Below are positions 20,155 to 30,364 of a DNA stretch of 64,000 nt, piece by piece. The notes under the pieces were generated by a model. The model did not search any database, was not told where the DNA came from, and worked only from the letters and a program-made list of their open reading frames with translations. The first letter of the stretch is position 1; every line of letters starts with the position of its first letter. Source of the stretch: an uncultured Cytophagia bacterium (lineage in GTDB: Bacteria; Zhuqueibacterota; Zhuqueibacteria; Oleimicrobiales; Geothermoviventaceae); assembly GCA_964644845.1 (NCBI GenBank), contig CAZXXS010000097.1:153838-217837 (forward strand), read 5' to 3'. The position numbers and the translations under genes were made by a program.

Positions 20155-20718
20155 ATGCACTACGAGTCGTCAGACACTCTCCGCTGGTACGCCCTTTACA
20201 CAAAATCGCGCCACGAGAAGAAGGTGGATCTGCAACTTCGGGAGAAGGGCTTCGAATCCTACCTTCCCTTAAGAGGTGTGTGGCGGCAGTGGAGCGACAG
20301 GCGAAAACTTGTCGAAGAGCCGCTTTTTCGCTGTTACGTCTTTGTACACACGAATGAGAAGCAACGAGTGCGTGCCCTACAGACATACGGGGCTGTGCGA
20401 TTTGTGAGCTTTGATGGTCGCCCGGCGGTCGTGCGCGACGAAGAAATTGAGACGATCAAGCGGATTTTGAAAGAGTTTCCTGAAGCGGAAGCCTGCGAAC
20501 CGTTTTCGGTAGGCGATCTGGTTGAGATCGTGCGTGGTCCGCTAACGGGGATTATGGGGAGACTGGAAGAAATCAGAGGGGCCCGACGGCTCGTAGTAAC
20601 CATTGACTCGATTCATCAAGGGGTGCGTTTCGAGATCGATAGGTTGGACGTGCGTCTGCTGCAGAAGGCGAGGATTCAGGAGAGCCACCAGTACGATCGT
20701 TACCGTTTCAGACCGTAA
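20155..20718 (+). CDS. UpxY-family transcription antiterminator (NusG paralog)
   Basis: 187 aa. N-terminal WYALYTKSRHEKKV NGN-domain signature typical of Bacteroidota UpxY, plus a KOW-like C-terminus. Confidence 0.7.
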   Translation: MHYESSDTLRWYALYTKSRHEKKVDLQLREKGFESYLPLRGVWRQWSDRRKLVEEPLFRCYVFVHTNEKQRVRALQTYGAVRFVSFDGRPAVVRDEEIETIKRILKEFPEAEACEPFSVGDLVEIVRGPLTGIMGRLEEIRGARRLVVTIDSIHQGVRFEIDRLDVRLLQKARIQESHQYDRYRFRP

Positions 20719-20721
20719 ATC

Positions 20722-21798
20722 TCACCTCTCGGCCCGGTAGAGCAAGTAGACGGCGACACTGCCGAACAAGATGTTCCCGATCCAAGCCCCTAACCAGGGG
20801 GTCAAGCGCCCATTGTGACCGAGGGACTGGCCGATCCGGATGATCCCGAAGTACAAAAAACAAATCGCCAGGCTGATGCCAAATCCCACCATCGCTCCAC
20901 TCCGCCGCTTGGTGGACGCCAGTGGCGCACCGAACATCACGATGATGAGGTTTGAAAACGGGAAAGCGATCTTCATGTAAAGATCGACCAACCATTGCCG
21001 CGGATTCCCGCCGTTCCGTTTCACTTCCCGAATAAAAAGCTTGAGTTCTCTGTAGGACATTTCCTCTGGAGGTTTCTGCACGCTGGCCAGGTCCGAGGGC
21101 CGGAAGTTCAGCCCGGCGAAGTGGACGTTGGCGAACGGTTGGGCCCTCTCTCCTTTCGCTTCGAAATCGCGCAAGTATCCGGACTCGAGCACCCAGATGC
21201 TGTCTTGCCAAACGAGACGGCGAGCATCCCAGCGTTTGACCATGCGGCTGCCCTTGTACTGCTGAATGCTCACGTTGTGGCCGATCTTCTTGCGGGGGTC
21301 AAAAAAACCGATGAATACACGCCGGTCGGCCGTGTCTTGAATGTAGACGTTTGCCCTGCGGATTTGAACGCGCCTTGGCACGCGGTCCAGGTACGTTCGT
21401 TTGATCTGGAACTTGCGGTCGTTTGTGATCGGTACGATCGTTTCCGAAAAATAGTAGTCCACGACGCTGACGACAAACGCGGCTACGAAAACAGGAGCCA
21501 AGATTCGGTAGATGGACACGCCGGAGCTGCGGATAGCGATCAATTCGTTGAACCGGGCCATCTGACCGATGCTGAACAAGCTCGCAAGCAGCATGGCCAC
21601 GGGTAAGATAAGTGTCATGATGTAAGGCAGGTAGTACAGGTAGTAGGAAGCAACAACGTGCCGAGGTACTTGATGGTCGATGAACCTGTCGAGGTTTTCG
21701 ATGAGGTCGACCACGACGAAGATTACCGTGAACGCGATCAATGCGAAGAAAACGGTCAACAGAAACCGGCGTAGGATGTAGCGATCCAGAAGCCTCAC
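20722..21798 (-). CDS. lptG: LPS export ABC transporter permease LptG (YjgP/YjgQ family)
   Basis: ORF 20722..21933. Start set at GTG (VRLLDRYILRRFLL…), the typical LptF/G N-terminus. Six TM helices. Confidence 0.75.
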   Translation of the reverse strand: MRLLDRYILRRFLLTVFFALIAFTVIFVVVDLIENLDRFIDHQVPRHVVASYYLYYLPYIMTLILPVAMLLASLFSIGQMARFNELIAIRSSGVSIYRILAPVFVAAFVVSVVDYYFSETIVPITNDRKFQIKRTYLDRVPRRVQIRRANVYIQDTADRRVFIGFFDPRKKIGHNVSIQQYKGSRMVKRWDARRLVWQDSIWVLESGYLRDFEAKGERAQPFANVHFAGLNFRPSDLASVQKPPEEMSYRELKLFIREVKRNGGNPRQWLVDLYMKIAFPFSNLIIVMFGAPLASTKRRSGAMVGFGISLAICFLYFGIIRIGQSLGHNGRLTPWLGAWIGNILFGSVAVYLLYRAER

Positions 21799-23177
21799 GC
21801 AGGCGTTTCCTCGTCTTCGTGTGCAAGATGAAGCCGGGTAGCGATCCGGTGCCACTGGATGAATGACGTTTCTCGTACTGATCGAAGAAGCAGGATAACC
21901 CCGGCTGCGCCGACGATGAAATTCGGTGACCACATGGCGATGAAAGGCGTGACGTATCCGCGATCGGCCAACTCCTCACCTCCGATGAGGAAGGCCCAGT
22001 ACAAGAGGAAAAAAAGTAACCCAATCCCTCCGCCAACCGCCATCCCACCGTGCCGAGCCATTACGCCAAGAGGTACACCCACCAGTACGAACACAATGCA
22101 AGCCGCAGGAATCGAGTACTTCTTGTGTACTTCCACCATCAGGCTGTTGATCGAACGCCGGTAGCTGCGGATGACGGCTTGTTCGGTCTCGATTTGGCCG
22201 AGAAGCTGTTGGTGCTGGGCGCGGGCCTGCCGCAAATCGGGTTTGCTCCAATAACGCGGTGTTCTGGTGTTGGGGGGGGACAGCCAGGGCAGGTAACGTT
22301 GTGCCACCAGAAGAGCCGATTTTTTCACTTGTTGGCGCCGCTGGTCGATTTTTTCACGGTACTTCCGTACTTCACCCAGCATCATGGCGGCACTCTTCTC
22401 ACGATCGCCACGGTAATCGGACTCCCGCCGCACGAGCACCATCCCGGGGATTTGCAGTGTGATCCGGTGTTTGGGGAATTTCAGACGCCGATACGAACTA
22501 AGGTCGTCCAGATGGACCTCGTGAATTTCGCCGCTGTACAGAGTCAGGTAAAGCAAACCGGTGCGTGGGTCAACGCGGATCTCGGCGCTGTCGGCGGTGA
22601 TGGTTTTGCGAACGTTCTCCTGGCTGTGATCGTCGATGATCACGTCCCAGGCCTTGGACACGTTTTCGCGTTCGACGATTCTCTGTGCGACCAGCGCGTA
22701 GTGTGGAATGCCGCGGTACACCACACCTGGCTGAAGTTCGAGTGTTGGTCGTTTGCGCGAAATGTCGCCCGCCAGCAGCCGTAAGCGGTGATTTGCATCC
22801 GGAAGCACGTGGTTGTTGAACCAAATCAGCACCAGCGCCAGCAGGATTGAGGCTACCAACACTGGCCGCATCAGGCGTACGAGACTAACTCCGCCCGCTT
22901 TGAAGGCTGTGATCTCGTTGTCCGAAGAGAGCCTGCCAAAGGCCATGAGTACCGACATCAGGACAGCCATCGGCACGGCCAAAGCCACGATCCAGGCCAG
23001 ATTCAGGGCGAAAAATTCCGCGATGATGCCGATGGGAAGCCCCTTGCTCAAAATTCGCCCCAATTCCCTGAAAACGAGATTGAGCAGGAAAATCAGGGTA
23101 ATAAGCGCGAACCCGAACACGAATGGTGGAATGTGTTCACGCAAAACGTAACGGGATGTTATCGAAAAAAGCTTCAC
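21795..23177 (-). CDS. lptF: LPS export ABC transporter permease LptF (YjgP/YjgQ family)
   Basis: ORF 21795..23291. Start set at GTG (VKLFSITSRYVLREHIPPF…). Overlaps lptG by 4 nt. Confidence 0.75.
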   Translation of the reverse strand: MKLFSITSRYVLREHIPPFVFGFALITLIFLLNLVFRELGRILSKGLPIGIIAEFFALNLAWIVALAVPMAVLMSVLMAFGRLSSDNEITAFKAGGVSLVRLMRPVLVASILLALVLIWFNNHVLPDANHRLRLLAGDISRKRPTLELQPGVVYRGIPHYALVAQRIVERENVSKAWDVIIDDHSQENVRKTITADSAEIRVDPRTGLLYLTLYSGEIHEVHLDDLSSYRRLKFPKHRITLQIPGMVLVRRESDYRGDREKSAAMMLGEVRKYREKIDQRRQQVKKSALLVAQRYLPWLSPPNTRTPRYWSKPDLRQARAQHQQLLGQIETEQAVIRSYRRSINSLMVEVHKKYSIPAACIVFVLVGVPLGVMARHGGMAVGGGIGLLFFLLYWAFLIGGEELADRGYVTPFIAMWSPNFIVGAAGVILLLRSVRETSFIQWHRIATRLHLAHEDEETPA

Positions 23178-24160
23178 GAGTGGCCCGGTTTTTGTAATGG
23201 TACAAAGTGCCGAACAGAACGGGACTGGGGGACTCGGATGTCCGCAAACAGAACCCGGACCGGGGCGTGGCCCTTTTCTGAGCGAGCGCATCGTCGGCTC
23301 GCCGTGAGTAAACTCTACAGAAACTGGCTGAGCGCGCGAGTAATCGAGTCTAAATCTGCCACACCGTTGGTCCGAACAACACGGCTGCAGCGACCCAAAT
23401 CGGGAAAGCCCACGAATGGTCGATCGTGTTGCAGCGCGGAACCACCCAACACCTCCCGGTTCTTAATGTACAAATGGTGCTCCGACGTTCCAAACAAAAA
23501 GGCAATTCGCCTTCAGCCTGTAGAGGGGCAACGTGCTTTGGAGTCTGTGTACACCAGCGACGCCCCCGGAAACCCGGTCCTGACATTTGTTTCGGGTTGT
23601 GCATCAGTCGCACATGCTGTCTCACAAGCGCGCACGTCGGTAAGATCTGGCGTGGTGCTTGGGCGATTTTCCGGACTCGCCAAGTCAAGTGCACCGGGAG
23701 AGATTGGGAAACGTGCGGAACAAGGCGATGCTCTTGTGCCCTCAGGTCTAGCTACCGAAACCGCTGGTGGGGGGTACTTGCCGTGGACCGGTTGGCCGGA
23801 AATCGAGGGCACGACCAGCGAGTTGAGAGCCGTCACATGTCCCAACAAGCCGTCACAGGAGTTGAAGCTTCTGGCCGGGAACCTTCGTGTGGGTGCAGCG
23901 GTCTAAGGGAGTGGTACCACGGCGTCCCTAATTCGAACTGTGTAGATGTGCGTTTCGCTTGATTTTTAAGGCGTTGTTGTGTACTTTTTGACGCGCGATG
24001 GTCAGGCAGAGAGAGTTGCAACGGTGGGAGAAAACAAGCGACGGAGGGTGTATCGGAGGTTGCTACAGGGTCCAACTTCTGCATGGGTTGCCTGGAACCC
24101 GCGCTATTTCCTACGGGGTTGGTAGACTGGTAACTGCAAAAAAGTAACGGGTTCGAGCAT

Positions 24161-27100
24161 TTGCGCCCTCCACGTCGCGGCGCTCAGGCTGTATTGAGCG
24201 CTGTTTTTCTCTCAGTGTGTCTGGTCATCGCGTGGCAGTCACCTGTGCGGGCTGCGGAAGGGAGTCGTGTGTTTTTTCGACGCCCTCCCCTTCTTGATCC
24301 CCTTAGGGCACCCCTTCTTGACACTCAGTACCACGGCATCCCGATCGATTCCCTCCACATTCAGCCGATGCCAGCGTCCATCCGGGCCCTCCGGATGACG
24401 ACGTCCGTGGACTCCACGCATCAGTTTGTCACAATCAAGTACAGCATTGGCCGCGACCAGATTTTCTACCCGCTGAAGATGCGCGTGGAGGATTTTCGGC
24501 GTCTACGTGGACAGCAGGAGCTGGCCAAACTGTGGCGGACCACGCTCTTGAAACCTCCCGAAGAGCTACTGCGCCGCCGGCGCCGGAGACAGCAGGGCGT
24601 GCGAATTGACCTGCCGGTTGAAATCCGGAGCAAAACGTTCCAAACGCTGTTTGGTGGCTCCAAGGTCGGTTTGAGCGTTACCGGGGACATCACGATTGAC
24701 GGCGGTTTCCGGCACGAGAAGCGCAGCGAAGTGAAAACCGCGCTCACGCAGGGCTCCGATTACAACTTCAAGATGGAGCAAAAGCAGCGTTTCGGAGTTG
24801 AAGGGCACATCGGCGAGAAGGTCAAGGTGCGCGTCGATCAGGACTCGGAACGCCCGTTTGATTTCGAGAACACCATCCGTTTGCAGTATCAGGGTTTCGA
24901 GGACGAAATCATCACGTCGATCGAGGCTGGGAACATCTCGTTGTCCCTACCGGCAACCCGGTTCGTGACTTTCAGCGGCCGGAACTCCGGATTGTTCGGC
25001 ATCAAGTCACAGATGGCGCTCGGCAACCTGAAAATCACCACCATCGCCAGCCAGGAGAAAGGCGAAAGCAAACGGATGAGCCTCTCCGGTGGAGCCCAGG
25101 AGAACACCCAGAAGATTGAGGATTACCAGTACAGGAGAGGGGCCTATTTCTTCCTGGATCGCTTGTACCGCGAACAATTCCGCCACTACGACGAAAACGG
25201 CTTGCACATCTACAATCCCAACTTTGCCATCACGCGCATTGAGTTGTACAAGTCGGAAGCTGGCTACGACACGCGCTACTCGGACTCGATTCGCGGGTGG
25301 GCTGTCATCGACGAGACGCCGGACAGTTTGAGGAGCTTCGATGCCGACACGACCCACGGCGTGGACCAGAATCACTATTTTGGTTACTTTCGCCGGATGG
25401 AAAAAACGGAGTACTTCGTGGATCGCGATCTCGGCTACATTCAGCTGAACATGCCTGTACGGGATGGCGAGGTGCTGGCAGTCGCTTTTGAGACCCGGAA
25501 CGGTCGAAAAGTTGGGGACATCGATTTCAATCCCGATTCCTCGAACACGATCGTCCTGCGACTGCTCAAGTCCATGAAGCCAACCCCCAAGGACAGTACC
25601 TGGGACCTGGAATGGAAAAACGTTTACTACCTCGGCGCCAGCAACATTCAGAAAGAGGGATTCGAACTCAAGATCTACTACAAGCCGCCGTCCGGCGATC
25701 CTCAAGAGACACAGCAGGTAGACGGAAAAGCGAAGACGTACCTGGAGATTTTCGGGCTTGACCGTTACGATCAGAATGGTGCGCCTCATCCCGACGGTGT
25801 AATCGATTTCGACCCCAACATCATCAACTTGGCCCGCGGTGAACTGATTTTCCCGGATTTGCAGCCTTTCGATCCCATCGGGATCTACATTGGTGACAAA
25901 CTGGTGAAACCGGAACTGAGTGCTGACAAATTCAGTCCCGTGCTTTACGACACCACGAGTCAGACGGCCATCACAGCGGCCAGCAAGTTCTACATCGAAG
26001 TCAAATCGAAGAACAAGAGCGCCAACTACCAGCTTGGTTTCAACATCATCGAGGGGTCCGAGGTTGTTACCCTGAACGGGCGCCAGCTGCAGCGCGGAAC
26101 CGATTACGTCATCGATTACTACACTGGCAACCTCACGATTCTGAACGAAGAGGCAACGTTGCCGACCGCGGACGTCCAGATTTCGTACGAGAGTAATCAG
26201 ATGTTTCAGCTGGAAAAAAAGACGTTGATTGGTACACGCGCTCAGTACGACTTCGGGCAGGATCGATTCATTGGCGGTACCTTGTTGTACATGAATCAGA
26301 GCACCATTGAGCGCAAAATCCGCGTTGGGCAGGGCCCGATGCGCAATCTCATCTGGGACATCAACGGGAAGCTCGGTTTCAGGCCCAACTTCCTTACAAA
26401 GGCGGTGAATTTCCTGCCTTTCGTCGAAACGCAAGCACCCTCCAAGCTGAACATCGAGGGTGAAATTGCACAGGTGCTGCCGAATCCCAACACCAGCAAC
26501 AACAAAGACACCGGCGATCCAAGCGGCGTTGCGTACATCGACGACTTCGAGGGTTCAAAGCGCACGATCGGTTTGAGCATCATGCGGCGCGCCTGGACCC
26601 TCGGGTCGCCACCCGCCAAGTACTACCAAGCAGGCGATCCGCTAACCACATTGCGGATGGGGCATGTGGTCTGGTACAACCCGTGGGAGCAAGTTCCCAT
26701 CAAGGAGATTTGGCCGAATCGGGATGTGAACCCGAACGTGCCCCAACGTGTCCATGTCCTGTCGATCGAGTTTACCCCGGCAGACAGTTCCCACTTGCCG
26801 CAAGATTCGCCTTACTACTTCCCGGCCGACAGTTCGTGGGGTTCCATCATGCAGGCGCTGTCCGCCGGGTACCACGATCAGACAGAAAGCAAGTTCCTCG
26901 AAATCCTCGTGCAAGGCAATGAGGGAATCCTGCACATTGACTTGGGCCAGATCTCCGAAGACGTTATTCCGAACGGAAAGCTGGACACAGAGGACAAGGC
27001 GCCGCCTGGCGGATTCCGAAATGGACTGTTGGACGAAGGGGAAGACGTCGGGCTTGACGGCATGAAGGCCAAAGATCCTAACGACTTCTGGGACATCAAC

Positions 27101-30100
27101 GGAAACGGTGTGCGAGATCCGGGCGAACCGATCAGTTGGGACGACTGGAATTACCAAAGTGGTAGCTACGTTTACGATCAGATCGACGGTACTGAGAACA
27201 ACGCGAACGACGAAGGCGGGCGCCGACCCGACACAGAAGACATCAACGGTAACGGCGCTGTGGACCTGGCTAACAATTACTTCGAGTACACCATCAATCT
27301 GGACAAGACCAGCCCCGACACGGCTTACATTTCTGGCGGCAACCCGGACGCACCTGGAGGTGGATGGTGGCAGTACCGGATTCCGTTGGACGACCTGACG
27401 CACCGCAAGGACATCGGCAACCCGGACTTCACACGGATCGAATCAATTCGGCTGTGGTTTGAGGGGTTTAAAGGCCCGAGTCGCATTCGCATCGCTGAGC
27501 TGAACCTGGTTGGCAACGACTGGAAGGAAAAAGGCGTGGCGCCGCCGAACGATCCCGAAAACTACGACGCCAACGACGACAGCACTGTGGCGGTGACGGT
27601 TGTAAACACGCACGACAACCCTGAATACAAGCCGCCAAAAGGTGTGGCTGGTGAAATCGATCCGGTGACCCGCGTGCAGGCCAAAGAGCAGTCGTTGGTA
27701 CTGAAGATCACGAATCTTCAGCCGGGTTACAGTGGGTTGGTGCAAAAAACCTTCTTCAGCCCGCAGAATTACATTCACTACGAAAAGATGAAGATGTACG
27801 TGTACGGGCGGGATCCCTTCGGTGTGCACATCCGACCAGACACCAGCTACATCGAGTTTTTCTTCCGGTTTGGCTCCGACTTGAACAACTACTACGAGAT
27901 CCGCGAGCGGGTTTACCCCGGCTGGGACGACCGTAACGAAATCGTCATTGACCTCCTGGACTTGACGGCGACGAAGCTGGACTCTTCGTTCTACGATTCC
28001 TCGGGTGTTTTCATCAAGCGGCTTTCCAACGGCAAGGAGTACCGGATCAAGGGGCGGCCGTCCTTGACCAACGTGCGAATGCTGGCCGCGGGCGTGCGGA
28101 ACCTGATGGGTGCAACGCTGGACACCACTGGCGTAACGACGCCGATTCCCTTCACTGGCGAAATCTGGATGAACGAGCTCCGTTTGAGTTACGTCAAGAA
28201 GGAGCGGGGCAAGGCCATGCGTGCCCGGGTAGATTTCGGTCTTGCCGACGTACTCAACGTGAATGCGGAGATTAACCGTCAGGACGCCGATTTCCACGAC
28301 ATCAAAACACGATTCGGCCGGGGCGACAATCGGCTTTCGACGAATTTCAACGCCAGTTTGTCCCTGGACAAGCTGCTTCCCGCCTGGCTCGGATTTTCGA
28401 TCCCGGTGAGTTACAAATTTGGCCGGTCAGAAGCGACACCAAAATACAAACCGGGTACGGACATCGAAGTTAGAAAGGATCGAATCCCGCCGGAGATCCT
28501 GGAAACCATTCAATCGCGCCAGAAGCAATCTGGCTTCAGCGTGTCGATCCGGCGAAGTACAAAATCGAAAAATTGGATTCTGGCCAACACGATCGACCGG
28601 ATTTCCGGGAGCTACAGCGAAACGCGGAGCGAAGGAAGTAATTCGACCACGAAGAGCTCGACCAACTTTTCCCAATCCGGGAGATTTGGGTACAATCTGA
28701 GCTTCGGTCGGGGTAAGTTTTTCCAGCCGTTTGCCTGGATTCGCAAAGTTCCGGTGCTCGGCGTCCTTGGCGAAACCAAGCTTTACTACACACCGCGTAC
28801 GTTTTCGGTTCAGGCTTCGGTAACCCGGTCCCGGCGGAGTTCGTTGACACGAACCGGCGCTTTAACGGGGAGCGAAACGTTCAACGTGCAGCGCCAGATT
28901 CGAGCTGGTTACAACCTCTTTGAAACGTTGGGATTTGACTTCAGCCGTAGTTACGTCTCCGACATGCGCGGGCGCCCAATGAGCGACCTCTGGAAGCGAA
29001 AATTCGGCCAAACGACAGGGATCAATCAGAACTTCAGCGTCAAGTACAACCCGAAGATTTTTGCGTGGCTGACCAACAATTTCTCGTACACAGCGGGGTA
29101 CAAATACAACGTCAACCTCCAGCAAAGGGCAACCGGCCGGAGTGCCGCTAACAATGCTAATCTCTCGGCGCAGGTCACGCTGGATCCGGCCCGGCTGTGG
29201 AGTTCCATCTTTCGTACCGGAACAACGGCGAGACGGCGTCCGGGGGCGCGAGCCGTTCGTGGCCGGAGACCTCCAGGCTCCCGAAGGGCACCGCCGGGGT
29301 CCCGGCGAAAACCCGGTACAAAGGACAAGAAGAAACAAGAGGAGAAGAAGTCTGGTTCGCCATTTCACGTGTTCGGCCTGTTCGGCAAGGTGTTCGAGAT
29401 GATCGATCCCATTCAGTTTAGCATCCAGCAGCGAACAGGTAACAACTACTACGGTTTGCAAAGCACGCAGATGCCGACGACGGCCTTCCAGTTTGGTCTC
29501 GACGACAGCACAGGCGTACCAGTACTGCAAAATGTAGGCACAAACCGTGGTTCTCAAAATTTCAACAAGGCGATTTCGATCCAGACGGGCATTTCGCCCA
29601 TGCGCAGCATGAGCATTGATTTCCGCTACAATCGTTCTGAGCAACGCAACAACACGACAACCACGACCGGCGGCTACAACGAAACGTACTTACGACTTGG
29701 CAATCTTGACATGGCTTTCCCGAACTGGACGCTCCGGTGGTCCGGATTGAGCCGCGTCAAACTGTTCAAGAAGTACGTACAGCAGGTAACCCTGGACCAT
29801 TCCTTCAGTGGCCAGCGAAATGAGACCTGGAACCTGACGCCCGAGGGGGAAAAGAACATCACCAAGCTTGACTTCCAGTCTGGGTTTCGGCCACTGATCG
29901 GCTTAAACGCTCGTTTGAAGAATGGTGTAACCGTAAACTTGCGGTACAACATGAGTGAAAACCTGAGCCAGAGCATGACCGGCGGTCTCGGATCCACGAA
30001 GCAGGTGAGTCGGGATCTGAATTTCACGGCCACGTACTCCAAACGCTCGGGGTTTCGCCTGCCTTTCTGGAAGAACAAAGAACTGCGCAACAGCATTGAT

Positions 30101-30343
30101 TTTTCGCTCAGTTTCATCTACGGCAGCAACGTTACGTACAAGAGTCGCGGTACCGAGGGGCGTTTCCAGCCGACTGCGGAAACGTCCAAGTGGACTCTGG
30201 AACCCAAGGTGACGTACTCATTCAGCACCCAGGTACGCGGTGGCGCGCATTTGCAGATTGGCCACACGAAGAATTCCTTGATGGGCGAAACCAAGATCCA
30301 AGAGCTGGGGATCAACGTCCAAATCTCCATTCGCGGCAGTTGA
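24161..30343 (+). CDS. sprA: giant (about 2060 aa) secreted outer-membrane protein, SprA/Sov-like T9SS translocon candidate
   Basis: Uninterrupted 6.2-kb ORF. N-terminal signal peptide (AVFLSVCLVIAWQSPVRAAE). Asn/Tyr/Gly/Thr-rich beta-rich composition throughout. Size and context (cyclase immediately downstream, T9SS cargo nearby) fit SprA. Family assignment is by recollection, not by a search. Confidence 0.55.
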   Translation: MRPPRRGAQAVLSAVFLSVCLVIAWQSPVRAAEGSRVFFRRPPLLDPLRAPLLDTQYHGIPIDSLHIQPMPASIRALRMTTSVDSTHQFVTIKYSIGRDQIFYPLKMRVEDFRRLRGQQELAKLWRTTLLKPPEELLRRRRRRQQGVRIDLPVEIRSKTFQTLFGGSKVGLSVTGDITIDGGFRHEKRSEVKTALTQGSDYNFKMEQKQRFGVEGHIGEKVKVRVDQDSERPFDFENTIRLQYQGFEDEIITSIEAGNISLSLPATRFVTFSGRNSGLFGIKSQMALGNLKITTIASQEKGESKRMSLSGGAQENTQKIEDYQYRRGAYFFLDRLYREQFRHYDENGLHIYNPNFAITRIELYKSEAGYDTRYSDSIRGWAVIDETPDSLRSFDADTTHGVDQNHYFGYFRRMEKTEYFVDRDLGYIQLNMPVRDGEVLAVAFETRNGRKVGDIDFNPDSSNTIVLRLLKSMKPTPKDSTWDLEWKNVYYLGASNIQKEGFELKIYYKPPSGDPQETQQVDGKAKTYLEIFGLDRYDQNGAPHPDGVIDFDPNIINLARGELIFPDLQPFDPIGIYIGDKLVKPELSADKFSPVLYDTTSQTAITAASKFYIEVKSKNKSANYQLGFNIIEGSEVVTLNGRQLQRGTDYVIDYYTGNLTILNEEATLPTADVQISYESNQMFQLEKKTLIGTRAQYDFGQDRFIGGTLLYMNQSTIERKIRVGQGPMRNLIWDINGKLGFRPNFLTKAVNFLPFVETQAPSKLNIEGEIAQVLPNPNTSNNKDTGDPSGVAYIDDFEGSKRTIGLSIMRRAWTLGSPPAKYYQAGDPLTTLRMGHVVWYNPWEQVPIKEIWPNRDVNPNVPQRVHVLSIEFTPADSSHLPQDSPYYFPADSSWGSIMQALSAGYHDQTESKFLEILVQGNEGILHIDLGQISEDVIPNGKLDTEDKAPPGGFRNGLLDEGEDVGLDGMKAKDPNDFWDINGNGVRDPGEPISWDDWNYQSGSYVYDQIDGTENNANDEGGRRPDTEDINGNGAVDLANNYFEYTINLDKTSPDTAYISGGNPDAPGGGWWQYRIPLDDLTHRKDIGNPDFTRIESIRLWFEGFKGPSRIRIAELNLVGNDWKEKGVAPPNDPENYDANDDSTVAVTVVNTHDNPEYKPPKGVAGEIDPVTRVQAKEQSLVLKITNLQPGYSGLVQKTFFSPQNYIHYEKMKMYVYGRDPFGVHIRPDTSYIEFFFRFGSDLNNYYEIRERVYPGWDDRNEIVIDLLDLTATKLDSSFYDSSGVFIKRLSNGKEYRIKGRPSLTNVRMLAAGVRNLMGATLDTTGVTTPIPFTGEIWMNELRLSYVKKERGKAMRARVDFGLADVLNVNAEINRQDADFHDIKTRFGRGDNRLSTNFNASLSLDKLLPAWLGFSIPVSYKFGRSEATPKYKPGTDIEVRKDRIPPEILETIQSRQKQSGFSVSIRRSTKSKNWILANTIDRISGSYSETRSEGSNSTTKSSTNFSQSGRFGYNLSFGRGKFFQPFAWIRKVPVLGVLGETKLYYTPRTFSVQASVTRSRRSSLTRTGALTGSETFNVQRQIRAGYNLFETLGFDFSRSYVSDMRGRPMSDLWKRKFGQTTGINQNFSVKYNPKIFAWLTNNFSYTAGYKYNVNLQQRATGRSAANNANLSAQVTLDPARLWSSIFRTGTTARRRPGARAVRGRRPPGSRRAPPGSRRKPGTKDKKKQEEKKSGSPFHVFGLFGKVFEMIDPIQFSIQQRTGNNYYGLQSTQMPTTAFQFGLDDSTGVPVLQNVGTNRGSQNFNKAISIQTGISPMRSMSIDFRYNRSEQRNNTTTTTGGYNETYLRLGNLDMAFPNWTLRWSGLSRVKLFKKYVQQVTLDHSFSGQRNETWNLTPEGEKNITKLDFQSGFRPLIGLNARLKNGVTVNLRYNMSENLSQSMTGGLGSTKQVSRDLNFTATYSKRSGFRLPFWKNKELRNSIDFSLSFIYGSNVTYKSRGTEGRFQPTAETSKWTLEPKVTYSFSTQVRGGAHLQIGHTKNSLMGETKIQELGINVQISIRGS

Positions 30344-30364
30344 CGGGAGCGCAAGGGAGGCGCT

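Noticed and set aside
22050-22784. 244-aa plus-strand ORF opposite lptF
   Set aside because: Embedded in lptF, which has a recognisable YjgP/YjgQ permease pattern. Compositionally non-protein-like.
23231-23260. RNase P RNA P4-like motif GATGTCCGCAAACAGAACCCGG
   Set aside because: The rest of an RNase P RNA (GGAAAGTCCGGGCTCC, GGTAAGAGCGCACC) is absent upstream. The upstream sequence is the lptF coding region.
23906-23924. T-box-like AGGGAGTGGTACCACGGCG
   Set aside because: Contains insertions relative to the T-box consensus. There is no specifier or stem-I features and no downstream aminoacyl-tRNA synthetase or amino-acid gene. The next gene is sprA-like.
25007-26434. 475-aa minus-strand ORF antisense to the sprA-like gene
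   Set aside because: Lies entirely inside a much longer, coherent plus-strand ORF. Its translation is low-complexity and Val/Arg/Gly-rich. Typical high-GC antisense artefact.
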